A stretch of 64,000 nucleotides of DNA from Spirochaetales bacterium (GCA_016926955.1 JAFGNN010000001.1:29968-93967); one strand, 5' to 3'; shown: positions 29,888 to 39,903, counted from the first letter of the stretch. Made by a program: numbers and translations. Notes: generated by a model not told the origin, from the letters alone.

Positions 29888-31693
29888 CTAACGGTAGAGC
29901 TCCGCCTGGCTGTTCCAGAGCGTGGCGTAGTACTCGTCGCGTTCGAGAAGCTCGTCGTGCGCGCCCTCCGCGACGAGGCGGCCCGATTTGAGCACGAGGA
30001 CGCGCGTCGCCTGGCGGATGGAGCCGAGCCGGTGCGTGACGAGCAGGGTCATGCGGCTTTCGCGCGCGAGGATGGCGCGGAACACCGCCGCCTCCTCGAG
30101 CGGGTCGATGCTGGCCGTGGGCTCGTCCACCATGAGGAGCTCGTGGCGCTTGGCGAAGGCGCGGAGCAGGGCGACGCGCTGCCACTGCCCGCCCGACAGC
30201 TCGCGGCCGCCGAACTCGGTGCCGAGCATGGTGCTTTCGCCCTCGGGCAGCTTGGCGAGCAGGGCGTCGCCGAGCAGGTCGGGCAGCTTTTCCGAGGCGA
30301 GCGAGCGGCGGTCCGCCTCGTCGGCGAAGACGTTCTCGGCCAGGGTGAGCTCGAACTTGCAGAAGTCCTGGAAGGCGGCCGAGAGCCGCTCGCGCCAGGC
30401 GCGCGGTTCGAGCTCGCGGAGGTCGACGCCGTTTGCGAGAACGCGGCCGCCCGTCGGGTCGTAGAAGCGCGCGACGAGCTTTACGATGGTGGACTTGCCC
30501 GCGCCGTTCTCGCCGACGAGGGCGAGCGAATCGCCCTCGCGCAGGGTGAACGAGACACCCTCGAGCGCCTTCGCGCCCGAGGGGTAGCTGAACGAGACGT
30601 CCTCGAAACGGAGCTCGCGCAAGGGCCCGTCGAGGACGCGCGTCGAGCGCGACAGGTCGAGGGTGTCGCCGAGCGCGAGATAGGCGAACAGGCGCAAGAA
30701 GAATTCCCGGCCGAAGCGCGTATAGCTCCAGACCATCACGAGCATGAGCACGCTCGACGAGAACTGGAAGATGGCCTGGAGGAAGAGGGCGAGCGAGCCG
30801 GCCGAGACCGCCCCCGTGCGGACGCGCGCGGCGAGGTAGAGGAAGACGCCGCCCGCCGCGGCGACGCGGAACGCGGTGGCGCCGAGCTGCCGGCCGAGGT
30901 TCCGGCGGGCGAGCGCGGCGTTGCGTTCGTCCGTCTCGCGGAAAGCCGCGAACGCCTGTCGGCGGAAGAGCCGGTCGAAGCCGAAGATCCTGAGCTCCTT
31001 GGCGGACTGCGCCGACAGGGCCCGGCCGCGGAGGTACATGACCTTGCGGTCGAGCTTCTTGAGGTCCTCGTCGAGCTTCGCCCTTGCGTCCGCCGTGCGG
31101 AGCGAGGCCAGGGCGCCCGGGACGACCGAGAGGGCCAGGGCGAGGGGTATCCACCAATCGAGCGCGGCGAAGACGGCGGCCACGGAGACGAACTGGAAGG
31201 CGTGCTTGACGAGGTCCGCCGTCTGGTAGACCAGGGCGTTCACGGGATTGAAGACGTAGTTCACCCAGCCGGACAGGTCGTGGTAGGCCGGGTCCTCGAA
31301 GTGCGCGAGCCCCGCGAACGAGAGGCCCTTGTCCATGATGCGCCCGGACAGTATCCGGGCGGCGCGCTGCGAGGTCCGTTCGGCGAGGTATTCCGAGAGC
31401 GTCGAGAGCGAGTACTGGCCGACCATGGTCGCGAGCCAGGCCGCGGACAGCAGCCCGAGGCGGACGCCGCCCGCGCCCGAAAGCCCGCCAGAGACCACGA
31501 GGTCGACCACCGCGCGCATGAGCAGGAGCCCGAGCACGGGCACGAAGCCGTCCGCCAGCGCCGCGACGAGGACCAGAGACATGCGCAGAGGGTCCGCCCG
31601 CCAGACGGTCGCGGCGCCGCGGAGCACGACGCGCCAGTGCGCCTTATTTTTATAGTCCTCCAGTGACGAGGCTTCGCTTTCCGTTTCTTTCAT
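29888..31693 (-). CDS. ABC transporter, fused permease/ATP-binding (exporter)
   Basis: TM helices; GENGAGKST, LSGGQWQR, VDEPT, THRL. Confidence 0.92.
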   Translation of the reverse strand: MKETESEASSLEDYKNKAHWRVVLRGAATVWRADPLRMSLVLVAALADGFVPVLGLLLMRAVVDLVVSGGLSGAGGVRLGLLSAAWLATMVGQYSLSTLSEYLAERTSQRAARILSGRIMDKGLSFAGLAHFEDPAYHDLSGWVNYVFNPVNALVYQTADLVKHAFQFVSVAAVFAALDWWIPLALALSVVPGALASLRTADARAKLDEDLKKLDRKVMYLRGRALSAQSAKELRIFGFDRLFRRQAFAAFRETDERNAALARRNLGRQLGATAFRVAAAGGVFLYLAARVRTGAVSAGSLALFLQAIFQFSSSVLMLVMVWSYTRFGREFFLRLFAYLALGDTLDLSRSTRVLDGPLRELRFEDVSFSYPSGAKALEGVSFTLREGDSLALVGENGAGKSTIVKLVARFYDPTGGRVLANGVDLRELEPRAWRERLSAAFQDFCKFELTLAENVFADEADRRSLASEKLPDLLGDALLAKLPEGESTMLGTEFGGRELSGGQWQRVALLRAFAKRHELLMVDEPTASIDPLEEAAVFRAILARESRMTLLVTHRLGSIRQATRVLVLKSGRLVAEGAHDELLERDEYYATLWNSQAELYR

Positions 31694-31769
31694 GTTTCGT
31701 CCCTTTAATAGCGCTGCCGTTCCCGGCGGCGCGCGGCGCGGGCGGTGGCCGGCGGCGCGCGGCCCGCTT

Positions 31770-33386
31770 TCAGCGCCGCCTGCGCCGCGTTCCGAGCAGG
31801 CCGCGCACGAGCTGGCGGCCGAGTTCCCTGCTCGCGGACTGGACGGCCGCGCGCGCGAGGTCCTCCACGAAGCCGCCCGAGGCGCGGCGCGTCGTCCGCG
31901 CCGGTTCCGCGCGCGGCCGCGGCGCGGGGCGTCGCTCGGGCCCGGGCGCGGCTTCCGCCTCGTCGCGGAAATACGGATCGCCCGACGGGGAAGCGCCGCG
32001 AGGGCTTTCGCCCCGGAGCTCCGCCTCGATGTCCTCGATGGACGGCTCGCCGGAGGCGCCTCCGGAGGGTCCGCCGCCGTAGCCCGCGCCGCCGCCGGAG
32101 CTCCCCACCCTTCCCTTGAGCATCTCGTAGGCCGATTCGCGGTCGACGGCGCGGGCATAGGTTCCGGCGAGCGCCGAGGCGCCGACGAGGGCAGCGCGCT
32201 CCGCGGCCGAAAGCGGCCCAACGCGCGAGGCGGGCGGCACCACGCGGGCGCGCTCGACCGGGAGGGGACGGCCCTCGGAATCGAGGAAGCTGACCAGGGC
32301 CTCGCCGACGCCCAGCTCGGTGATGGCCGCCCGCGGGTCGAGCTTCGGGTTGGGGCGCAGGTTGTCGGCCACCGAATCGACCGCGGCGCGGTCCTTGGGC
32401 GTGTAGGCGCGCAGGGCATGGTGGACGCGGTTCCCCAGCTGGCCGAGCACTGACTCAGGCACGTCGAGCGGGCTCTGCGTGACGAGCCAGAGCCCCACGC
32501 CCTTGGAGCGCACGAGGCGCGCGGTGCGCTCGACCGCGTCGACCAGGGCCTTCGGGGCCTCGTCGAAAAGGAGGTGAGCCTCGTCGATGAGGAGGACCAG
32601 CTTGGGTTTTTCGAGGTCGCCCGCCTCCGGCAGTTCCTCGAAGAGCTCGCCGAGCAGGTGCAGCATGACCACCGCGTAGAGCGCGGGCTCGTTCATCAGG
32701 GCCTCGGCCGCGAGCACGTGCACCGTCCCCCTTCCGTCCGGCCGGGCGCGAAGCAGGTCGGCGATGCCCAGGGCGGGCTCGCCGAAGAAGGCGCCCGCCC
32801 CGCTCTCCTCGAGGACCAGCACCGAGCGCTGGAGGGCGGCCAGGCTCTGCGGCGAAAGGAGGCCGTATTCGGACTTGAGCTCGGCGGCGTGGTCCGAGAC
32901 CCAGCCGATGAGGGCGCGCAGGTCCTTGAGGTCGAGTACGGGCAGGCCCCGCTCGTCGGCGATGCGGAAGAGGATGCGCACCGTGTCCGCCTGCACGTCC
33001 GAGAGCGCGAGGAGGCGCGAGAGGAGGAGGGGCCCAAGGTCGGATACGGTGGCGCGGAGGGGCAGGCCCTGCTTTCCCGCCACGTCCCAGAATTCCACCG
33101 GGCAGGCGGCCCACTCCGGCTGCGGAAGTCCGAGCTTGCCGAAGGCGCCGGCTATCTTCGCCTCGGACGAACCCGGGGCCGCGATGCCGGAGAGGTCGCC
33201 CTTTACGTCGCAGCAGAAGACGCTGACCCCCTCGCGGGAAAAGCCCTCGGCCAGGGCCTGGAGGGTCACGGTCTTGCCGGTGCCCGTGGCGCCGGTCACG
33301 AGGCCGTGGCGCGCCGCCATGGAAAGGTCGAGGGAAAGGTCGCGGCTTTCGTCGGGGATGCGGCACAGGCGGATGTTCGCGGACAT
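31770..33386 (-). CDS. DUF853 / HerA-like ATPase (YjgR family)
   Basis: RHGLVTGATGTGKT, DVKGDLSG, IDEAH, RSKGVG, QLGNRVHHALRAYTP; RBS GAGGAGG. Confidence 0.9.
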   Translation of the reverse strand: MSANIRLCRIPDESRDLSLDLSMAARHGLVTGATGTGKTVTLQALAEGFSREGVSVFCCDVKGDLSGIAAPGSSEAKIAGAFGKLGLPQPEWAACPVEFWDVAGKQGLPLRATVSDLGPLLLSRLLALSDVQADTVRILFRIADERGLPVLDLKDLRALIGWVSDHAAELKSEYGLLSPQSLAALQRSVLVLEESGAGAFFGEPALGIADLLRARPDGRGTVHVLAAEALMNEPALYAVVMLHLLGELFEELPEAGDLEKPKLVLLIDEAHLLFDEAPKALVDAVERTARLVRSKGVGLWLVTQSPLDVPESVLGQLGNRVHHALRAYTPKDRAAVDSVADNLRPNPKLDPRAAITELGVGEALVSFLDSEGRPLPVERARVVPPASRVGPLSAAERAALVGASALAGTYARAVDRESAYEMLKGRVGSSGGGAGYGGGPSGGASGEPSIEDIEAELRGESPRGASPSGDPYFRDEAEAAPGPERRPAPRPRAEPARTTRRASGGFVEDLARAAVQSASRELGRQLVRGLLGTRRRRR

Positions 33387-33535
33387 GGTGACCTCCTCAA
33401 GGAACAGGCCGGTCCAGCCTAGCGCAGCCGCGCTTCCGGCGCAACGATATCGGGGACAGGATATGGAGGGACAGAGCTCGCCGGAGAGAAGAACGGGGCG
33501 CCCGGCCGGAGCGGGACGGCGCCGCGCCGCGGGGA

Positions 33536-33660
33536 ATCGCGCCAGGGATTGCAGCGGAAATCGGGCCGTCCGGGCCGGCCCCGCGGGCGGGACGGGCAGC
33601 GCGGCCCGATTGGAGCGGAAAGCCCGGCCGGAGGCGCCCTCCGGCGCCGACGGGGCGCCC
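33536..33660. ncRNA. Structured repeat/ncRNA resembling the Flavo-1 motif, copy 1
   Basis: AGGGATTGCAGCGGAAATCGGGCC...GGCCCGATTGGAGCGGAAAGCCCGG; homologous copy at 39725; family name from recall, not a search. Confidence 0.55.
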
Positions 33661-33687
33661 GGAGCCCCCGGAGCCCCCGCGTCCTGC

Positions 33688-35052
33688 CTATCCCGGACGC
33701 TTTCCGCCGAGACCGAGGGCGAAAGCTCCGCCCACGGCCGCGAGCGCGACGAGACCCGAGACGAAGAGGTAGGCGGGAGCGCCGGCGGCGTCGATGAGGC
33801 CGCCCGCGTACAGGGCCCCGACGGGGGTGACACCGCCGAACACGAGGGCGTAGAGCGACATGACGCGGCCGCGGTGGGCGTCGTCGGATCGCAATTGGAC
33901 GGCGGCGTTGACGCGGGCGGTCAGCGAGACGGTCGAGAAGCCGAGCAGGGCGAGGAGGAGCGCCGAGGCGGCGAAGCCGCGCTGGAGCGAGAGGAGGACG
34001 TACGCCGCGCCCATGCCGGCCGCGGAGACGAGCAGGGTCCGGTCCGTCGGCTCGCGCTTGCCGCCCGCGGCCATGAGGACAGCGGCGGCGAGCGAGCCGG
34101 CACCGAGCGCGCTCATGAGGAAGCCGTAGCCTTCCGCGCCGAGCCTGAGCACGTCGCGCGCGAGTATGGGCACGACGACGTTGTAGTTGATGACCACGGC
34201 TGAGATGACGGCCAGCAGGGCGAGAGGCAGGGCGATCTCCGGCCTCGCCCGCACCCAGCGGAGGCCTTCGAGGGCGCTGGACACCGTACCGCGCGCCCCG
34301 CCGGGACCGGAGTCGACGCGGGGCGGCTTAAGATCGCGCATGGCGAGGAGGCCGCCGATGACGGCCAGGTAGCTCGCGGCGTTGAGGAGGAAGCTCGGGG
34401 CGACGCCGACCGCCGCGACGAGGAGGCCCGAGAGGGCGGGACCGACGATGCGCGCGGCGTTAAAGGCGGCGGAGTTGAGCGAGATGGCGCTGACCAGGGC
34501 CTCGCGTCCCGCGATCTCCGACATGAAGGCCTGCCGCGCGGGCACGTCGACCGTGTTGACGAGGCCGAGCAGGAAGGCCAGGACCAGCACCATCCAGTAG
34601 CGCACGGCGCCCGTCGCGGCGAGGACGCCGAGCGCGAGCGCGAGCAGGGCCATGAGCGATTGCGTCGCGACGAGGATGCGGCGCTTCGGCCAGCGGTCGA
34701 CCAGGGGACCGGCGAGCAGCGAGAGGAAGGTCATGGGCAGGAACTGCATGGCGCTGACCGTGCCGAGGGCGAGCGGCGAGCCGGTCAGCTCGAGGACGAG
34801 CCAGGACTGCCCGAGGCGCTGCATCCAGGTGCCCGCGAGCGAGACGAGCTGGCCCGTCCAGAAGAGGCGGAAGTTGCGCTGCCTGAGGGCGGGGAAGGCG
34901 CCGCGCCTCGCGCGGGCTCCGATCCGGTCCTCGCTCCGGGCTCCGTTTCGGGCCCTGGCCCCGGCTCCGGGCGCGGGAACTGTCGCGGGAGCGGCGGGTG
35001 GCGCGGTCGCGGCGGCGGCTTCGAGGGCCGGATCGACGCTAGGCCCGGCCAC
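33688..35052 (-). CDS. MFS transporter
   Basis: RNFRLFWTGQLVSLAGTWMQ, DRWPKRR, PARQAF, RGRVMSLY; about 12 TM. Confidence 0.92.
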   Translation of the reverse strand: MAGPSVDPALEAAAATAPPAAPATVPAPGAGARARNGARSEDRIGARARRGAFPALRQRNFRLFWTGQLVSLAGTWMQRLGQSWLVLELTGSPLALGTVSAMQFLPMTFLSLLAGPLVDRWPKRRILVATQSLMALLALALGVLAATGAVRYWMVLVLAFLLGLVNTVDVPARQAFMSEIAGREALVSAISLNSAAFNAARIVGPALSGLLVAAVGVAPSFLLNAASYLAVIGGLLAMRDLKPPRVDSGPGGARGTVSSALEGLRWVRARPEIALPLALLAVISAVVINYNVVVPILARDVLRLGAEGYGFLMSALGAGSLAAAVLMAAGGKREPTDRTLLVSAAGMGAAYVLLSLQRGFAASALLLALLGFSTVSLTARVNAAVQLRSDDAHRGRVMSLYALVFGGVTPVGALYAGGLIDAAGAPAYLFVSGLVALAAVGGAFALGLGGKRPG

Positions 35053-35452
35053 GGCGGGTTCCCGGCGCGGGGCGGCGGCGCGGCGCGGGCGCCTTGGGCG
35101 GCAGGCCGGCCTTCTCGCGCCCGCGGGCGGAGAGACCGTCGAGGACGAGATCGTAGGAGCGGTCGGCCAGGGCGCGCTCGAGCTCCTCGGGCAGGCTGCC
35201 GTCGAGACGCACCGTGTTCCAGTGCTCCTTGTTCATGTGCCAGCCGGGGGTGATGGCCGGGTAGGTGGCGCGCAGGTCGCCCGCGGCCTCGGGGTCGCAT
35301 TTCAGGTTGACGGACGGCGGCTCGGCGTCGAGGGCGACGAGCGCGAACATCTTCCCGCCCACCCTGACGACCAGGGTCACGTCGTCGAAGGGGAAGTCCG
35401 CCGTGGCGAAGGGCTTGGCGCGGCAGTAGTCGATAAGCTCGTCTCTCGTCAT
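35039..35452 (-). CDS. MmcQ/YjbR family DNA-binding protein
   Basis: DFPFD, VGGKMFAL, NLKCDPE, PGWHMNKEHWNTV. Confidence 0.9.
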   Translation of the reverse strand: MTRDELIDYCRAKPFATADFPFDDVTLVVRVGGKMFALVALDAEPPSVNLKCDPEAAGDLRATYPAITPGWHMNKEHWNTVRLDGSLPEELERALADRSYDLVLDGLSARGREKAGLPPKAPAPRRRPAPGTRRGRA

Positions 35453-35621
35453 GGAGCGGCCAGTATGCCCCGCCCCCGGGCGCCGCGGCAAGCGCGGGCA
35501 GGAACTGCGCCGGAGGCGGCAGGAATTTCCCGACCCGCAGGGCTTTCACGCCGCGGGGAATGCTCCTCGCGGCCCTGGAACGGCGCGAATCGCCCTTCGG
35601 CGCCTCATCGGAGCGCCGCTT

Positions 35622-35638
35622 CCTTACCGCTGCCTTAC
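35622..35638. promoter_or_regulatory. Candidate OmpR-family response regulator box
   Basis: CCTTAC-N5-CCTTAC direct repeat (11-bp period) upstream of the SHOCT/ferritin-like pair. Confidence 0.35.
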
Positions 35639-35730
35639 GGCGCCGCCCTTCCGCCCGCCGCGGCACGGTTCCTGCAATTTCCATTGATGCGGGGCCGCGA
35701 CAGACGCCGGCCGTCGCAAGGAGCTGCACG

Positions 35731-36012
35731 ATGTACAACCGCATGTACGGTCTCGGTTACGGCATGAACGCCGCCGGTCCCTTCTTCGGGTTTCCCTGGT
35801 TCGTCTGGGCGCTCGGCGCCCTGCTCGTCGCCGGCGTCGTCGTCGCGATCGTCCTCTCGGTGAAGGCGAATCGCGCCGCGAAGTCCGGCGCCGTCCGCGA
35901 ACATACGGCCGACGGCACGGCCTCCGCGCTCGCGGCGCTCAAGGAGCGCCTGGCGCGCGGCGAGTTGGCCGAAACCGAGTACGACCGCCTCAAGGCGAAG
36001 ATCGAAGGATGA
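35731..36012 (+). CDS. SHOCT domain membrane protein
   Basis: G/M/Y-rich N-terminus, one TM, LKERLARGELAETEY; RBS AAGGAG. Confidence 0.85.
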   Translation: MYNRMYGLGYGMNAAGPFFGFPWFVWALGALLVAGVVVAIVLSVKANRAAKSGAVREHTADGTASALAALKERLARGELAETEYDRLKAKIEG

Positions 36013-36022
36013 GGAGGACGCC

Positions 36023-36559
36023 ATGAAAAGCCTGAAACGTTTCGCATTCGCGCTCGCTGCGCTCGCGGCTTTGGCCGCCCCCGCCCTGGCCGCCCCGCCC
36101 GCGGATTTCGGCGCCGCCGGCGCCCTCGCCGCCCTCGGGTCCGGAGCCAGTCTCTCGGTCGAGGACATGCTGCGCTACGCCGTCGAGGACGAGTACCTGG
36201 CCCGTGCCGAGTACCGCGTCATCATGGCGAAGTTCGGCGCCATGCGCCCCTACACCAACATCGAGACGAGCGAGAACCAGCACCTCGACTGGCTGCGCGC
36301 CGAGTACGCCCTGCGCGGCCTGGCCTTTCCCGCGGACGCCGCGGCCTCGAAAGTCGCCGCTCCCGCCGACCTCAAGGCGGCCGCCCAGGCCGGCGTCGAC
36401 GCGGAAATCGGCAACATCGCCATGTACGAGGGCTTCCTCGCCTCCCCCCTCATGGCCCGGCCCGAGAATGCCTCGGTCGCGGCGCTTTTCGCCAACCTGA
36501 AGCGCGCGAGCGAGAATCACCTGCGGGCCTTCCGCACACAGCTCGCGCGCTTCCCCTGA
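36023..36559 (+). CDS. Secreted ferritin-like protein (DUF2202-like)
   Basis: Signal peptide; EDEYLA, SENQH, AEIGNIAMY, ASENHLRAF. Confidence 0.8.
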   Translation: MKSLKRFAFALAALAALAAPALAAPPADFGAAGALAALGSGASLSVEDMLRYAVEDEYLARAEYRVIMAKFGAMRPYTNIETSENQHLDWLRAEYALRGLAFPADAAASKVAAPADLKAAAQAGVDAEIGNIAMYEGFLASPLMARPENASVAALFANLKRASENHLRAFRTQLARFP

Positions 36560-36679
36560 CGGAAGGCCGGGCTCCGCGCCCGGCGGCGCGCCGTCCCGAG
36601 TTGACCGCGGCGCCCGGGGACGGGTATCGTCCTCTGGCGCCGCCCTTTTCATGATGGGGCGCGACCGGGGGAGGTTGCC

Positions 36680-37813
36680 ATGACGGAACGGGTCACGCGG
36701 GAACGGCGGGAAAAGCGGGGACAGCGGGAAGTCCGCCGCCGGTTCGGCCGCGCGCTTCCCCTGGCGCTCGCCATCGTCGCGGTCCTCGCCCTCGTCCTCT
36801 ACGTCCTCGACCGCATACCCTTCGCGCCGGGACCGGGGGGAGCGAATCCCCTCCGCGTCGAGGCGGGCGAGCTTCCCCTCGTCGTGCCGCACGGCGGGGC
36901 CAAGCGGCTTTATCCGGAGAACACCGTCCTCTCGTACCGCATGATGGCGGAGCGCGGGTGGACCAATTTCGAGATCGACCTGGCGCTCAGCGCGGACGGC
37001 ATCCTGGTAAGCCACCACAACCTTTCCATCAAGGCCACAACCGGCGAGGACCGCTACGTACGCGAGCTCTCCTACGCCGAGCTCACGACGAGGAATTTCG
37101 GCGTCAACTTCACGGCGCCGGACGGCTCGCGGCCCTACGCCGACACCGCGGCCCTCGCGCGGAACGATCCGGCCCTGCTCTCGGAGCTCGCGCCGGCCCG
37201 GCTCGACGCGCTCTTCGCGGCCTACCCGGAGGCCTCGTACATCCTCGAGCTCAAGGACACCTTCGAGAGGACCGGCGCCGCCAACGCCACGGCCGCCGCG
37301 GAAGCCCTCGCGCGCGCCATCGACTCCGCAGGCGTCCGCGACCGCGTCGTGGTTGCCAGCTTCGAGGACGCGAGCACCGCCGCGCTCCGCGCGGCCTCCG
37401 GCGGCGCGATCGCGACCGCGGCGGCCTCGGACGAGGTTCTCGTCTTCTCCGTGCTCTCGGCCCTCGGGCTCGACTTCTTCCTCAAGCCCCGCTACTCCGC
37501 CCTGCTGCTGCCGATCGAGGACCGCATCAAGCCGAAGCAGCGCGCGATCGTCGAGAAGCTGCCGCGCTTCATCCGCGACAGGCTGGCCCGGTACGATCCG
37601 GAGCGCGACGAATGGTATACGCGGCTCGTGGACGCCCGCATCGTCGAGGACGCACGGCGCCACGGGGTCGCGGTGCACTACTGGACGGTCAACGACGAGG
37701 GAACCATGCGGGAGCTTGTCGCGCTCGGCGTGGACGGCATCATCACCGACCGGCCCGACCTGCTCGAGCAGGTGTATGCGGAACTGGAAGCTGAACGAGC
37801 GGCCCGGCCGTGA
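36680..37813 (+). CDS. Glycerophosphodiester phosphodiesterase family protein
   Basis: PHGG...PENT, EID, ELK, WTVND, GVDGIITDRP; N-terminal TM. Confidence 0.88.
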   Translation: MTERVTRERREKRGQREVRRRFGRALPLALAIVAVLALVLYVLDRIPFAPGPGGANPLRVEAGELPLVVPHGGAKRLYPENTVLSYRMMAERGWTNFEIDLALSADGILVSHHNLSIKATTGEDRYVRELSYAELTTRNFGVNFTAPDGSRPYADTAALARNDPALLSELAPARLDALFAAYPEASYILELKDTFERTGAANATAAAEALARAIDSAGVRDRVVVASFEDASTAALRAASGGAIATAAASDEVLVFSVLSALGLDFFLKPRYSALLLPIEDRIKPKQRAIVEKLPRFIRDRLARYDPERDEWYTRLVDARIVEDARRHGVAVHYWTVNDEGTMRELVALGVDGIITDRPDLLEQVYAELEAERAARP

Positions 37814-37861
37814 GCACGGCGCGCGCGACGCGGGCCACGTTCCGCGCCCCGGATCGCGTCT

Positions 37862-37916
37862 TGCCCGGAAGCTTCGTGACACCGCTCGTGAGCTGCCCGG
37901 AAGCTTCGTGACACCG
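37862..37916 (+). repeat. Short dispersed repeat, copies 3 and 4 (tandem, 32-bp period)
   Basis: TGCCCGGAAGCTTCGTGACACCG twice between convergent genes. Confidence 0.8.
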
Positions 37917-37917
37917 T

Positions 37918-38298
37918 TCAGGCCGTGAGCTCGACGCGGTTGCCCTCGGGGTCCAGGACGACGAGCTCGTAGTAGCCGTCGCCGGTCAGCCGCGGCCCGT
38001 CGGCTATCGTGACGCCGGCCGCGCGGAACTCCGCGGCCAGCGCGTCGACCCGCCCGCGGCCTCCCGCGGAAAAGCACAGGTGGGCCCAGCCCGCGCGCCC
38101 GTCCGGATCGGGACCGAGCCGGTCCGCCCGGCGCATCAGCTCGAGGCGCGTCCCGGACTCGAAGGAAACGAAACGCGAGGAAAAGCCGTTCGCGGCGTTG
38201 CGGTACTCGGGCCCGGCGCTGCCGCCGAACCGGGACGCGTAGAACTGCGCCATGCCGTCGAGGTCGCGGACCCAGAGCGCGACATGCTCGACGTTCAC
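37918..38298 (-). CDS. VOC/glyoxalase family protein
   Basis: EHVALWVRDL, RLELM, GWAHLCFS, DPEGNRVEL; GTGA overlap with upstream gene. Confidence 0.9.
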   Translation of the reverse strand: MNVEHVALWVRDLDGMAQFYASRFGGSAGPEYRNAANGFSSRFVSFESGTRLELMRRADRLGPDPDGRAGWAHLCFSAGGRGRVDALAAEFRAAGVTIADGPRLTGDGYYELVVLDPEGNRVELTA

Positions 38299-39158
38299 GC
38301 CTTGCCCCGCGCGTCGAGCCATTCCTCGAGCCATGCGGCGACGCCGTCGTCCTCGACGGAAGGACAGACGCGGCCGACCGCGGATCGCACGGCCTCCGGG
38401 CCGTTGGCCATGGCGACGCCGACGCCCGCGGCCAGCAGCATGTCGAGGTCGTTCTCCGCGTCGCCGAAGGCGAGCACGTCCTCGCGCCCGAGTCCGCGGC
38501 GCAAAAGCCAGGCGTCGAGGGCAGCGGCCTTCGAGACCCCGGGCGGCACCACCTCGAGCATCGACACGCCGGTGGAGACGACGAGGGCCTTTTCGCCCAG
38601 GGTTTCGCGAAGGCGGGGGGCGAACTCCGCGAGAGCGTCCTCGGGAGCGACGAACATGAGCTTGGACCAGCGGAGCTCGTCCACCTCGTCGAAGTCCACG
38701 ACGCCGCCGGGGAGCCCGGAGCGCGCCTCGTAGAAGTCCACGCCCGGCGTGCGCGCCTCGTAGTACCATTTTTCGCCCGACCAGGCGTGGAAATCGAGGC
38801 CGGAGCGCCGGGCCAGTGCCAGTAACTCGCGCGCGACGCACTCGGAAAGGCCGACCCTGAGGAACGGCGCGCCGTCCCTTTCGCGGGCGGCCGGTCCGTC
38901 CCAGACCGACGCCCCGTTGAACGCCGAAAGCCCGTCCGCGCCGCCGAGCTTCTCTACCCAGGGGAACGACGAGATCCTCGCGCGTCCGGAGGCGACGAAG
39001 AAGAGCCGGCCGCCCTCGCGGAAGCGCGCGACCGCGCTGACGACGCGATCGGAGAGGCGGTAGTCGCCCGTTATGACGGTGCCGTCCAGGTCGAGGGCGA
39101 GGACGCGGAAATCGCGCGCGAGCGCGGCCGCGTCGATGATGCCATTGATGTCGCTCAT
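38295..39158 (-). CDS. Cof-type HAD-IIB hydrolase
   Basis: DLDGT, ASGR, GVSK, FGDAENDLDM, GVAMANG. Confidence 0.92.
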   Translation of the reverse strand: MSDINGIIDAAALARDFRVLALDLDGTVITGDYRLSDRVVSAVARFREGGRLFFVASGRARISSFPWVEKLGGADGLSAFNGASVWDGPAARERDGAPFLRVGLSECVARELLALARRSGLDFHAWSGEKWYYEARTPGVDFYEARSGLPGGVVDFDEVDELRWSKLMFVAPEDALAEFAPRLRETLGEKALVVSTGVSMLEVVPPGVSKAAALDAWLLRRGLGREDVLAFGDAENDLDMLLAAGVGVAMANGPEAVRSAVGRVCPSVEDDGVAAWLEEWLDARGKA

Positions 39159-39241
39159 GCGCCGACTATAGCGGCCCGGGGCGCGGCGCGTGAAGCCGCC
39201 CGACGCGCCCGCGCGCACCGCGCGCCGCACGGACCGACGAG

Positions 39242-39550
39242 TCAGGGCAATTCGTCGCGGAGTATCATGAGGGCCGCCATCATGCGGGGAAAGCCCGCGG
39301 TGGTGGCCACGAGCATGACGGCGTGCTCGAGCTCGGCGCGGCTGCAGCCCGCCTCGACGGCGCGCTCGATGTGCGAGCGGAGCGCGTAGTCGTACTGCGA
39401 GGCCGCGGCGACCGCGACCTTGACCAGGGCGCAGTCGCGGGGCGAAAGCGGCCCCGCCTCGTGGAGCGCCTTGCCGAAGGCCTCGTAGGCTGCCCAGGCC
39501 TCGGGATGCCCGCGCTTGAAGTACTCTCGGTTGCCGGTCCTCGTGTCCAT
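39242..39550 (-). CDS. Carboxymuconolactone decarboxylase / AhpD-like protein
   Basis: GPLSPRDCALVKVAV, SHIERAVEAG, AGFP; RBS AGGAAGG. Confidence 0.85.
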   Translation of the reverse strand: MDTRTGNREYFKRGHPEAWAAYEAFGKALHEAGPLSPRDCALVKVAVAAASQYDYALRSHIERAVEAGCSRAELEHAVMLVATTAGFPRMMAALMILRDELP

Positions 39551-39724
39551 GCCCTTCCTCCTCTTCCTGCAGCAAGGCTCGTGGAGCGCGGCGCCGCGCG
39601 CAAGATGCAAACCCCCGAACCGCGTGGGCCGCGGGGCCTGTCCCCATCGAAGCGGCCGCGAGCTTTGTCCCCCGCGAGCCCCGGCCGCGCAGGAACGGAG
39701 GGGCGGAGCGCCGCGCCGCCCGGG

Positions 39725-39842
39725 ATCGCGCCAGGGATCGAAGCGGGACGGGCTTTCCGCCGCGAGGCCTCGCCATGCGGGGGCGGGCCCGTCGGAGCGG
39801 AGAGCCCGGTCGGGGCCGCCCTCCGGCGGCACCGAGGCGCCC
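39725..39842. ncRNA. Structured repeat/ncRNA resembling the Flavo-1 motif, copy 2
   Basis: AGGGATCGAAGCGGGACGGGC...GCCCGTCGGAGCGGAGAGCCCGG; compensatory changes versus copy 1. Confidence 0.5.
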
Positions 39843-39903
39843 CGGCTCGTACCGTCATTGCGAGGCTGGCCTCGCGCGCGGATCGGGGGCATAATCCGAG
39901 GCC

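Noticed and set aside
27410-31666. 1418-aa plus-strand ORF and similar long ORFs (47788..51402, 55407..59177, 50163..53093)
   Set aside because: Arg/Pro/Gly-rich shadow or antisense frames of well-supported genes, expected at this GC content
31770-33386. HerA-based defence system
   Set aside because: Motifs match the widespread DUF853/YjgR family; no Sir2 or nuclease partner next to it
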